Virus record (IMG/VR): IMGVR_UViG_3300021963_004241
Span: 47,182-111,181 of that record
Reading direction: 5' to 3' (one strand)
DNA length: 64,000 nucleotides
Source: a virus
In this document: piece after piece, positions 19,350-27,947 of the stretch
Numbering within the stretch: the stretch's first letter is position 1
How the letters are laid out: every line of letters starts with the position of its first letter
Translations under genes and position numbers: made by a program
Notes under the pieces: generated by a model
Database searches by the model: none
What the model saw: the letters and a program-made list of their open reading frames with translations, nothing else
Told to the model about the DNA's origin: nothing

Positions 19350-19798
19350 ATTTCCTTAAAGCCTTCTTCTTCAGTTGGCTCTTGCAAGTTAGCGATCATA
19401 GAACGCATGACATTATCTGGAATAGACTTGCCTGGTCGATTAACCAGTCTTCGAGATAATTCTTCCTCATCAGGAGTTCTAAATACGATAGCGATTTTTT
19501 CGTAGTTAGGCAACATTGCCAATTTTGCTTTACGACTTTTTGCGCTAGTATTTGTTTGATCCCAGATGATGTTGAGATTATTTGCCTGTGCAATAGCCAC
19601 GTGATTTTCCATCAACTTGGTTGCGATTTTAATATAGTCGTTAAAAATCTCGTTATAAGTTTTGCCCACACGAGCAGCTTCCTCGTCAACAAAACGATCA
19701 GAACTTACAACTGTGCAATCTTTGACCCAGTCTTGATTAGAGATCCAGGTAGACTTTCCGCTACCTGGAACACCGATTAACATATATAAAGTTGGCAT
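19337..19798 (-). CDS. P-loop kinase (polynucleotide-kinase-like)
   Basis: GVPGSGKST, SSD, DQTN, R...R lid, P..EEGF. Confidence 0.85.
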   Translation of the reverse strand: MPTLYMLIGVPGSGKSTWISNQDWVKDCTVVSSDRFVDEEAARVGKTYNEIFNDYIKIATKLMENHVAIAQANNLNIIWDQTNTSAKSRKAKLAMLPNYEKIAIVFRTPDEEELSRRLVNRPGKSIPDNVMRSMIANLQEPTEEEGFKEIWRV

Positions 19799-20302
19799 TT
19801 AGCCTCCGATGTGTTGACGGGCTTCCGCCATTAAGGCAGGATCACCTTTGGTCATTACTTCTAACAACAATCTCTTTTCTTCTAAGTAGGTCTTAGCAAA
19901 CTTTTCATCGTGTTGCATAATACTACGAGTGTTAGAGATTAAGTCAGCCAACTTGACGGTTTGTGCTTCGGCTGGTGCCATTGCAGTGTGCGCTCTGTCG
20001 ATTGCTTTGCGTGTGGCACGATTGCCTTGTTCCGGACGGGATACGTCCGTAAGCCATCCCACCAACTCACTGACTTCTTCACCGAACTCTGCTCGAATAA
20101 CTTCAATAGTAACTCCTGTGTCTTCAACAACATCATGTAACCAAGCCGCTGCCAACATCTCCTTTGAATGAGATACTTTGCTGACGATTTTTACAACTTC
20201 AGCAGGATGGACGATGTAGGGCTCGTTGGTATACTTGCGTAATTGAGCCGCCGCACCGTGAGCTGCTGTAGCAAATACTCTAGCCTTTTCTACTATGTCC
20301 AT
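19799..20302 (-). CDS. HD-domain small alarmone hydrolase-like (SpoT/Mesh1 family)
   Basis: AHG..LRKY..EPYIVHP, WLHDVVEDT, VKLAD..SN. Confidence 0.85.
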   Translation of the reverse strand: MDIVEKARVFATAAHGAAAQLRKYTNEPYIVHPAEVVKIVSKVSHSKEMLAAAWLHDVVEDTGVTIEVIRAEFGEEVSELVGWLTDVSRPEQGNRATRKAIDRAHTAMAPAEAQTVKLADLISNTRSIMQHDEKFAKTYLEEKRLLLEVMTKGDPALMAEARQHIGG

Positions 20303-20311
20303 AACATCTCC

Positions 20312-20860
20312 TTAAACGTGATGACCTTTGATTTCGCCTTTTAATGCTCTTGAGATAGCATCTTCCATTTCAAGGACGATCCAACCAGTTGAATCCATGC
20401 CTACATCTAATGCACGAAACTTTTCTAATCCACTGGTGTTGCCATGCAAGTGACCGTGGAAGTGAACAGCGCCTCGATGCATTTGATCCCATTCTGCTAT
20501 TGGATAATGGAACATAACACACTTAGTACCATTGTAAGTGATATCTAAGTAATCGTGTATTTCCTCAAAGCAAGAGCGGAATACTGGATCGTTCAACAAT
20601 TTGCGATCGTGATTTCCTTTAACTAATATTTTAACACCATTGCATCGTTTCATGTATTGTACAGCCTTAGCCGATGGCAAAAATGCAACATCGCCTAAGA
20701 TATAAACTTGGTCTTCTGGTTCGACTATTTCGTTCCATTCCTTGACCATTTGTTCGTTCATGTAATCTACATCGTTTTTAAATCTTGCTCTCGTGACAGG
20801 ACAGAACTTCATTATGTTCGTATGTCCGAAATGTAAGTCACTTGTTATATAAGTTTTCAT
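20312..20860 (-). CDS. Calcineurin-like metallophosphoesterase
   Basis: SDLHFGH, LGD, GNHD, HYP, HGHLH. Confidence 0.9.
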   Translation of the reverse strand: MKTYITSDLHFGHTNIMKFCPVTRARFKNDVDYMNEQMVKEWNEIVEPEDQVYILGDVAFLPSAKAVQYMKRCNGVKILVKGNHDRKLLNDPVFRSCFEEIHDYLDITYNGTKCVMFHYPIAEWDQMHRGAVHFHGHLHGNTSGLEKFRALDVGMDSTGWIVLEMEDAISRALKGEIKGHHV

Positions 20861-20869
20861 TTTATTCTA

Positions 20870-21061
20870 TTACCAATTCTCCACACTAGAAACTACAACT
20901 TCAAACCTCCCAGTTTGATCATTGACTTTTGTCTCTATGGTCATAGTCGTATGACTGCCAATACCAGAACTATTATCCTGAGTAATTTCTGCTACCTCTA
21001 CATCTGGAAACTTTTCAAAAATTTCCATCATTCTTTTGATATCATCTCTATGTAAGTACAT
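20870..21061 (-). CDS. Hypothetical protein
   Basis: Coupled ORF. Confidence 0.65.
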   Translation of the reverse strand: MYLHRDDIKRMMEIFEKFPDVEVAEITQDNSSGIGSHTTMTIETKVNDQTGRFEVVVSSVENW

Positions 21062-21624
21062 TAAATATCTCCTTCACGTTCTCTACGAGCTCTACGCTCT
21101 GCGGCCAGTGTAAAAACTTTTTCGTTGTCGTTGGTCCACTCTACTGTTTTAGGAAGAATGATCCCGAACTCGGTTGTATGACCGTTGATAGTATGGGGCT
21201 CATTCTCGTCATAGGTCCAACCTAGGCACTTCATCATTCGATGCTTGACTAACAGGTTAGGTGATCGAAAAGCCTCGGAATCACGAAAGCCTAACATAAC
21301 ACCTACTTCTGCTACGGCACCAGAACGACATACACCTGCGTGGCAATGAACTACTACGTTCATATGTTCCTCGAGTGCGTGTTGCAGTAGTCGAACAAGC
21401 TCGTCGGCTTGTTCTTGACTGCATCGCATGGTCTCGTCTATTACAAGATCTTTAGCTTCAACGTCGAGAAACTTAAATTGATGTGTTTCGCGAAACTGAT
21501 GTTTAGGTTCTGGAAATTCCATGTCTGGATCAACGATCTGTATGAGCATAGAATTAAAACCGGCATCGATGTGAAATCCTTTTTTAATATCGCTCAAAGA
21601 TACGTTTTGGATCCAGGGATTCAT
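21061..21624 (-). CDS. Cys-based (PTP/dual-specificity) phosphatase
   Basis: VHCHAGVCRS = HCxxGxxR motif. Confidence 0.85.
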   Translation of the reverse strand: MNPWIQNVSLSDIKKGFHIDAGFNSMLIQIVDPDMEFPEPKHQFRETHQFKFLDVEAKDLVIDETMRCSQEQADELVRLLQHALEEHMNVVVHCHAGVCRSGAVAEVGVMLGFRDSEAFRSPNLLVKHRMMKCLGWTYDENEPHTINGHTTEFGIILPKTVEWTNDNEKVFTLAAERRARREREGDI

Positions 21625-21824
21625 TTTAAATTCTTCTTAATTTTATTAATGATATCGTTGGCCTGATCAAAGTTATTGATGCACTCCTCTACGATAATCT
21701 CATTATTTAGGTAATCATAGGCAACGGATTTTTGAAATCTCAAATCCTGTTGCCATTTGATCTTATTACCGATGTAGTCTATCTTAATTCTGTCTGTGTT
21801 CATTGTCGCCGCCTTTTCATCCAA
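21621..21824 (-). CDS. Hypothetical protein
   Basis: ORF in operon; start uncertain. Confidence 0.55.
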   Translation of the reverse strand: MDEKAATMNTDRIKIDYIGNKIKWQQDLRFQKSVAYDYLNNEIIVEECINNFDQANDIINKIKKNLK

Positions 21825-22018
21825 GTGTATTTTGATCCATCTGGTAACAGTCCGTCCTTGACGCTATCGGATCCAAAAACTCCAACTAGTTCAAAATCGT
21901 CTCCATTTATTTTTACAAATAAACCAATTTCTTTTGATCTAGTTAATGCTAATTCTAGAGTGTCTACTTCTTCCTCGCAAGCTCTTCCCCTTGCGTCTTT
22001 CCAATTTACTTTATACAT
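21800..22018 (-). CDS. Hypothetical protein
   Basis: AAGGA RBS. Confidence 0.65.
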   Translation of the reverse strand: MYKVNWKDARGRACEEEVDTLELALTRSKEIGLFVKINGDDFELVGVFGSDSVKDGLLPDGSKYTWMKRRRQ

Positions 22019-22053
22019 TCCTTGATTATATCTTCTTTTTTCATTCTTGTCTA

Positions 22054-22127
22054 TGGTGCTCCCAACTGGTAACGATCCAGTGTTTCTACATTACCAATGT
22101 AGTGTAATACCTTTATACTATGAGAGC
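22054..22127 (-). tRNA. tRNA-Thr(GGT)
   Basis: Cloverleaf, CTACA-TTGGTAA-TGTAG, encoded CCA; ATCGTTA T loop. Confidence 0.9.
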
Positions 22128-22757
22128 CGAAAATTTTTCTACTAGTTCTCTATGTGGTCGGATTCCAGGATGGCAGTTATCCGGAAAATCTTCAGACCAT
22201 TTCATTTGATCTAAGATAGTTTTGTGATCTTTTAAAAGACGGTTTTTAAACTCTAAACTGTCTGCGGATTTTTCTATGAGGTCCAAATGACAGAGTGTAT
22301 GTACAGTTGGAAATTGTTTGCCAAAAATAGAACTGCGCCAATCAGGAATCACAAAATCTGCAGATGTTATCTCATAGAAACAATCTAATAATTTTGCCTG
22401 TCCACCAATGACTAATGTTTTAGCCGAGGTGAACTTTTTAAGTTTATCAAATTCCTGATAGATTATTCTAGAATTACTTTCTATAACATCATTTATAAGG
22501 AATGATTTATCAGCATCGAAAAGATTCCTATCTCTTAGAGATTCTGTGTGAAACCAAATGATCCAATCTATTTTAGATATTAAATGATTCTTTGCTGAAC
22601 TAATCGATGCTAGATTAGATCCGCCATTGTTAGCACAGTTGTAAACTGTGTACCCTAGATCTTTTAGTAGAAATTCTGTATGGTATTTTGCATCAACTCC
22701 GGGCGGTCCGTAGTAATTTGGGACCCCCCAACTGTCGCCTAATATTAATATGTTCAT
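22113..22757 (-). CDS. SGNH/GDSL-like hydrolase
   Basis: GDSW, GGSN, DNCHP (DxxH). Confidence 0.7.
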   Translation of the reverse strand: MNILILGDSWGVPNYYGPPGVDAKYHTEFLLKDLGYTVYNCANNGGSNLASISSAKNHLISKIDWIIWFHTESLRDRNLFDADKSFLINDVIESNSRIIYQEFDKLKKFTSAKTLVIGGQAKLLDCFYEITSADFVIPDWRSSIFGKQFPTVHTLCHLDLIEKSADSLEFKNRLLKDHKTILDQMKWSEDFPDNCHPGIRPHRELVEKFSALIV

Positions 22758-22768
22758 GTGGATATTTA

Positions 22769-22843
22769 TGGCCTCCCCAGTAGGAATCGAACCTACAACT
22801 AAACCTTAGGAGTGTTTTGTTATATCCATTTAACTATAGGGAG
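22769..22843 (-). tRNA. tRNA-Arg(CCT)
   Basis: Loop CTCCTAA, CCA end. Confidence 0.9.
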
Positions 22844-22847
22844 AATT

Positions 22848-22924
22848 TGGCCTGACTGGAGGGACTCGAACCCCCGACCTACAGCTTAGAAGGCTGTTGC
22901 TCTATCCAGTTGAGCTACAGTCAG
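22848..22924 (-). tRNA. tRNA-Arg(TCT)
   Basis: ACAGC-CTTCTAA-GCTGT. Confidence 0.95.
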
Positions 22925-22929
22925 ATATT

Positions 22930-23003
22930 TGGAGCGGGGTAAGAGAATCGAACTCTCCGCATCAGCTTGGAAGGCTGAGGTATTACCACTATACGAACCC
23001 CGC
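22930..23003 (-). tRNA. tRNA-Gly(TCC)
   Basis: TCAGC-CTTCCAA-GCTGA, TCCA end. Confidence 0.95.
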
Positions 23004-23021
23004 ATAGATATTACTGTAGCA

Positions 23022-23432
23022 TCATCTTGATTTTTCTGCAAGTTCTTTATAACCTGCCCAGCTAGGATGTATTGAATCTTTTTGTAAACGATCTGTTTTA
23101 ATGATAGTATCTCCTCGGCTTCTTGCGATTATGTTAACGATATCATTAACGTTGGGTTTACAGAACTTGTCATTACAAGGCGGCAAGATCCAGAACACTT
23201 TATCTGCTTCTACTCTGGCCCGCATAGCAGACAATTCTTTAAAAGTATGAACACCAGAATGGTCATTAGTTCCGAGACTGATGATAACTGTGCTTGCTGC
23301 TATATTTTTTTCAGCAAACTTTTTATTCCAGCCCCAACTGTTGATCCCGCCAACACTGTAACTAACGCATTCTTTCCTTACGTTAGCTGTTCCTACTGCA
23401 ATACTGTCGCCTACGATTAAACATTCTAACAT
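23022..23432 (-). CDS. Minimal SGNH hydrolase
   Basis: GDSI, LGTND, DSIHP. Confidence 0.8.
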   Translation of the reverse strand: MLECLIVGDSIAVGTANVRKECVSYSVGGINSWGWNKKFAEKNIAASTVIISLGTNDHSGVHTFKELSAMRARVEADKVFWILPPCNDKFCKPNVNDIVNIIARSRGDTIIKTDRLQKDSIHPSWAGYKELAEKSR

Positions 23433-23443
23433 ATATTATCCTT

Positions 23444-23519
<76 letters not shown>

Positions 23520-23568
23520 ATTGAGACACACTACTTATCCTATTATACGCCATGTGTCAGGGCGAAAT

Positions 23569-23645
<77 letters not shown>

Positions 23646-23750
23646 AATAGATTTAGGGCACAACAACTAAAAGTATCTACAATACTAATGTCATCTTTGT
23701 TATTTAAAATGAGCACAATAACGATGCGTCAAGAGTGCTATTCCCTAAAA

Positions 23751-23826
23751 TGGTTGCAGGGGAGGGAATCGAACCCCCGACCTCAAGGTTATGAGCCTTG
23801 CCAGATACCGCTTCTAACACCCTGCG
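23751..23826 (-). tRNA. tRNA-Met(CAT), initiator-like
   Basis: CAAGG-CTCATAA-CCTTG; C1:A72 mismatch. Confidence 0.85.
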
Positions 23827-23830
23827 TCAA

Positions 23831-23974
23831 ACTTTTGTTAATGGTACAGTTTACTACCCTCTTGCTACCTATTGTTGATCTGTTACACAGACCATTTACT
23901 AGTATCATAGGCTTTCCGCTTTGGGCAAGGTTAGCTGTGTACATTAGCCCACGAGCTGTACCATTAACAAAAGT
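23831..23974 (-). ncRNA. Candidate structured RNA closed by a perfect 19-bp inverted repeat
   Basis: ACTTTTGTTAATGGTACAG (23831-23849) / CTGTACCATTAACAAAAGT (23956-23974). Confidence 0.5.
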
Positions 23975-24178
23975 GTCTAGCTACAGTTCCCTGTTCCGCC
24001 CTAGACTGAGTTGTCTACCCTGTCGATCAGTATTTAAATTTTTGTCGCCAGTTCTGCTTCTGCCGCCACGGTGTCTCAAGTCGCCGAAAAGGCCTTGGGG
24101 TCGATTACCGTTTGCACCCTGACGTTTTGGTGAAGTCAATTACCCCCTTTAATAACGAGGAAGGGACCCCGGGGTCTG

Positions 24179-24751
24179 TTAGATTAATCCTTCTAGTTGA
24201 AGAGTTGCAACAACTTCATCGCTGAGAGGGATCTCAGTTTTGATGTTTAACTCAAGAACTTCATCATTCAAAGATTGTTTCTGTTTCTTGAGATCATTTA
24301 ATTGAGCACGGAAACGATCAATGTCTCCTACTCGCAACACACTGGTTTCAACAGTGTCACCGTAGCCATAGATACGACTACGTGCTTCGTCTTTCAAATT
24401 CTTGATCTTCTCAAGTTTGCCTTTGACAACTTCGATGTCAGTGACAGTGTCACGACCAACGATTTCAGTCAGTTGTGCAACACGCTTGTCGATGAAAGCT
24501 GCTTTAGTCAGCTTAAGATCGATTCCGCTTTCGGCATTTGCGGCACACACTAGTCCGCGAATGTTGTAAAGGGCAACCAACAGGTTAGTCCTTCGGAGAT
24601 CATTTTCCAGCATCTTCTGATTGGCTTTTTCAATCTCAGCTTCTGGATTTTGAAATTCGTTGAGAGTTACATTGAACTCTACTTTGATATTTTTAACGGC
24701 ATCGTTGATGCTGTTTTGAATTGCATTTGCTTTACGTAATGTTACTTTCAT
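24179..24751 (-). CDS. Coiled-coil hypothetical protein
   Basis: 190-aa helical ORF, GAGG RBS. Confidence 0.8.
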   Translation of the reverse strand: MKVTLRKANAIQNSINDAVKNIKVEFNVTLNEFQNPEAEIEKANQKMLENDLRRTNLLVALYNIRGLVCAANAESGIDLKLTKAAFIDKRVAQLTEIVGRDTVTDIEVVKGKLEKIKNLKDEARSRIYGYGDTVETSVLRVGDIDRFRAQLNDLKKQKQSLNDEVLELNIKTEIPLSDEVVATLQLEGLI

Positions 24752-25040
24752 TTGTGCCTCTCTATGTTAACGGGTCGGTAAAGGGTCAAGTAATAGACCG
24801 GACAATTGACAAGACCTATTGTGCGATGTCGTCGGTCTGGACAATATGCAATAGACAGGCTACAGAGACCTGAATATTTCCGATTAGCAATTGACAGGTA
24901 TATAAGAATCGGTTCACTCAAGCACGAACAGTTTTCAAGACTGTTTGCCAGGATTAGTTCGTATTCGCTTATGGGCGAAAACGATTGTCTATTCTCTTCT
25001 ACCCTCTACTTCACCGGCTTTGGTATTACTACCTCAGCAA
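24752..25040 (-). ncRNA. Long structured leader RNA with repeated TGTCWATTG motifs
   Basis: Promoter at 25045-25072; ends can pair (GTAGAGGGT/ACCCTTTAC); four motif copies. Confidence 0.5.
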
Positions 25041-25044
25041 AACT

Positions 25045-25072
25045 ATTATAGTTGATTTAAAACTAATGTCAA
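25045..25072 (-). promoter_or_regulatory. sigma70 promoter
   Basis: TTGACA-16-TATAAT. Confidence 0.75.
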
Positions 25073-25099
25073 CCAGTTGTCTTAAATTTTTCTTTATTT

Positions 25100-25175
25100 T
25101 GGCTCCCCGGGGAAGGATCGAACTTCCGACCAATTGATTAACAGTCAACTGCTACTACCGCTGAGCTACCGGGGA
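25100..25175 (-). tRNA. tRNA-Asn(GTT)
   Basis: GTTGA-CTGTTAA-TCAAT. Confidence 0.93.
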
Positions 25176-25182
25176 ATGTGTT

Positions 25183-25256
25183 TGGTGCCCCTACACAGAA
25201 TCGAACTGCAAACTACGGATTACAAAACCGTCGTTATACCATTTAACTATAAGGGC
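25183..25256 (-). tRNA. tRNA-Thr(TGT)
   Basis: Loop TTTGTAA, ACCA end. Confidence 0.9.
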
Positions 25257-25262
25257 GAAACT

Positions 25263-25430
25263 TTACTTACTTCTTGATTCTAATGTCCTGATTCTATTTT
25301 GAATCTTGCTCTTGTCTTTTGGACGAGAGCTCTTTTCTAACATCTCACGTAATTGTACTAGATTAAGTGGTCCTAGTCTAGTCTTTCCTGTTTTTGTTTT
25401 CATTGGATCTGCATGATTTGTTTTTGACAT
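25263..25430 (-). CDS. Small basic protein (55 aa, MSKTNHADPMKTKTGKTRLGPLN...)
   Basis: GAGGA RBS; read by eye. Confidence 0.65.
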   Translation of the reverse strand: MSKTNHADPMKTKTGKTRLGPLNLVQLREMLEKSSRPKDKSKIQNRIRTLESRSK

Positions 25431-25444
25431 ATTATCCTCTTATT

Positions 25445-25520
25445 TGGTGGAGGTAAACGGGATCGAACCGATGACCTTTAGCTTGCAAAGCTACTGCTCT
25501 CCCAGCTGAGCTATACCCCC
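25445..25520 (-). tRNA. tRNA-Ala(TGC)
   Basis: G3:U70, loop TTTGCAA. Confidence 0.95.
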
Positions 25521-25990
25521 ATTGTGTACTTATAAACGTTTTTTTCTACTGGTAACCATTCCGGATTTTCTAAAGGATCAAAATATTTAGAATCGTATTC
25601 TCCAGAATATATAACACAATCATTTTTTACTAACAAATCTTTATTACCAGAAAACTTGGATAGATTTAAGTATCCTAGTTCTCTGTTTCTTACACACATA
25701 TTCCAAGCCATTCCTGCTAAGAATATTCCATCGACGGTATCGTCATCTAGTAAGAATTTAATCTCATCGATAGTAGTGGCGTAAATTTTTTTACCTTTAA
25801 GATTACATACTATAGAAGATGCTTTCTTGTTATCGTATGCAGCTATGACTATAGTGTCGATGTCATTTCTCGATTCAACGAATCTTTTGATATTTCTCAA
25901 CACAGCATAATGCGCTGACAACGGAAAAAGTAAAATATTAATCCAATCTAATTCCCAGGGATCTATAATTATTAAAATCCTCTTTTTCAT
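25511..25990 (-). CDS. Isochorismatase/cysteine-hydrolase-like protein
   Basis: IIIDPW and AGMAWNMCV motifs. Confidence 0.55.
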   Translation of the reverse strand: MKKRILIIIDPWELDWINILLFPLSAHYAVLRNIKRFVESRNDIDTIVIAAYDNKKASSIVCNLKGKKIYATTIDEIKFLLDDDTVDGIFLAGMAWNMCVRNRELGYLNLSKFSGNKDLLVKNDCVIYSGEYDSKYFDPLENPEWLPVEKNVYKYTMGV

Positions 25991-25998
25991 TAGACGAG

Positions 25999-26181
25999 TT
26001 ATTCTTCTGCTTTGTCTTTATTTCGAGATCTCGACGATACTGGTTTAATCAACGCAGCCATCTCGGCTTGTATCATTGCACGTTTCCACTGAGCCTTTTT
26101 GTGAGGATCTTGAAACTTAGACAATGCTAAACTTGTCTTTAGAGGTTTTGACATTCTATAATTAGCGCCTGGTTTTAACAT
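25999..26181 (-). CDS. Small basic hypothetical protein
   Basis: AAGGA RBS before MLKPG; the longer track ORF runs into the tRNA. Confidence 0.65.
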   Translation of the reverse strand: MLKPGANYRMSKPLKTSLALSKFQDPHKKAQWKRAMIQAEMAALIKPVSSRSRNKDKAEE

Positions 26182-26201
26182 ATTTTTCCTTTTTAAAAAT
26201 T

Positions 26202-26296
26202 TGGCGGAGTGTATTGGATTCGAACCAATGATGCAGGTTTTTGCCCACATGCCTTCTTAGCAGGAAGGTGCCTTCGACCAACTCGGCCAACACTCC
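26202..26296 (-). tRNA. tRNA-Ser(GCT)
   Basis: CCTTC-CTGCTAA-GAAGG, long variable arm, GCCA. Confidence 0.93.
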
Positions 26297-26302
26297 AATG
26301 TT

Positions 26303-27907
26303 TCACTTGAGATACTTTCTTTCCCAGGTTTTATAATCTACATCCTGGAATATATTTTCTTTTAACCATTCATAATTATTAGGTAAGTCATCGCTGATTA
26401 AATCGTGCTTTACTTCTCTCGAAGTAAAATAATGACGTCCTAAGTTCAACTGATTTTTAGTTATCGAATCTTTCTTAAATTTAGATAAATCTAATTTCCA
26501 AGAAGCCGCTAACTGCAACCACATATATTCTGCAAATAATGTCCAATGGTCTTTAGCATTGGTTATGGAATTTCTTCCATCGCTATACTTTTGAAAAATC
26601 AAATCTTCGTGACGTTCTTTGTCGCCGATCGATCGCATGTCGTTCCAAAAGTCAGTGTCAGTTCTCTTACTAAGAGTGTAATGTATCTTTATAAAATCTG
26701 TTAGATCGTCAATGGTGTATGCCAGTTTCTTATTGTAATTGGACCAATCTAAGTTTCCAGTTTTTTTATATCCGTCTAAACTGTTGATCAATTCGTATAT
26801 TCCACTGATCAAAATGTATAACGCATTTGCTTCTAATGGTTCGTAGAAACCAGAACACAGTCCTACAGTGGCTACGTTACCATTGGCAAATTGTTCTAAT
26901 CTAGCAGGTTTCCAGGATAGCACTCTGGGTTCTAATCTTCTATTAGAATTTAGTTTTTTGTACTCGTCTATAGCCTGTTCAACATCTAAGTGACTAGAAC
27001 TAAAACAAAGTCCACATCCCATCCTATGATATAAACCGATCTTAAACATCCATCCGTTGGGTTGTGCTATCGATTGTGTGTAATTTACTAACTCTTTTTG
27101 TATGTCGTTATATTCTAATTGTGCAACTACAGCAGTATCGATGGCATAATCTTTGTAGGGAATCACATTCCAGTTTAGTGCTTTGACTAACAGTCTCGCG
27201 AAACCAGAAGCATCAACAAACAAATCAGCTGTAACAACTTCTCCATCTTCTAAAACAACGGATGATATTTTATCCTGTTCACATTTTACTTCTATGACTT
27301 TTTTAGAAATATGTTTCACACCGTTCGGTAATGCAATAAAATCTCTTACATAGTCTCCGCATTTATCTGCGTTGATGTGTTGACTCCAGCTGTAAAACTG
27401 ATTAAGTAGATACTTGTCATTTAAAAACGGAGAAACGTTTTTCTCCATGTAATGATATGCACTACTCCAATACCTATCAAACTTGTCTATGGAACCATCT
27501 AACAACAGTTGAGAAAATACATCTGTTGTTTTAACAGTACTCTCTGGATATTTTAAATCGTTGTAGCTGACTAATTCTGAAGTTTCTCTGTACAGCAACT
27601 CTGCTGCGGAAGGATACGAAAATCCAAAATATTCGGATTCATTTTGATCCCCAGTGATCCATCCAGTGAACTTGTTAGCTAATTTATAAACAGCACCAGT
27701 TTCATTCATCCAGTGCTTTGTGTCAATTTCTAGAAAATCAAAAAATCCTTGTACGTGCGGTGTAACACTTTCTCCTACTCCAATCTTTGGAATATCCGGA
27801 GACTCTATCAAAGTGATATTAAATTGATCATAGACTTTTGAAAGAGCTCCTGCTGTAAACCAGCCAGAAGTGCCGCCACCGACTATAACTATATTTTTTA
27901 TTTTCAT
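26303..27907 (-). CDS. Tryptophan-halogenase-family flavoprotein
   Basis: GGGTSGW, IGVGES, YKLANKF (catalytic Lys position), DASGF, FYEPLEA. Confidence 0.88.
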   Translation of the reverse strand: MKIKNIVIVGGGTSGWFTAGALSKVYDQFNITLIESPDIPKIGVGESVTPHVQGFFDFLEIDTKHWMNETGAVYKLANKFTGWITGDQNESEYFGFSYPSAAELLYRETSELVSYNDLKYPESTVKTTDVFSQLLLDGSIDKFDRYWSSAYHYMEKNVSPFLNDKYLLNQFYSWSQHINADKCGDYVRDFIALPNGVKHISKKVIEVKCEQDKISSVVLEDGEVVTADLFVDASGFARLLVKALNWNVIPYKDYAIDTAVVAQLEYNDIQKELVNYTQSIAQPNGWMFKIGLYHRMGCGLCFSSSHLDVEQAIDEYKKLNSNRRLEPRVLSWKPARLEQFANGNVATVGLCSGFYEPLEANALYILISGIYELINSLDGYKKTGNLDWSNYNKKLAYTIDDLTDFIKIHYTLSKRTDTDFWNDMRSIGDKERHEDLIFQKYSDGRNSITNAKDHWTLFAEYMWLQLAASWKLDLSKFKKDSITKNQLNLGRHYFTSREVKHDLISDDLPNNYEWLKENIFQDVDYKTWERKYLK

Positions 27908-27947
27908 ATTTGTATATATTATAGAAAAATAGTTTTCTATAATAAAT

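Noticed and set aside
24140-24178. HDV-like/theta ribozyme (CCCTTCCTCG resembles the L3 region)
   Set aside because: P3, P1.1 and the catalytic C strand could not be assembled, and it is not at a tRNA 3' end.
24752-25040. CRISPR or mini-array interpretation of the repeats
   Set aside because: The repeats are only ~11 nt, degenerate and irregularly spaced, and there are no cas genes.
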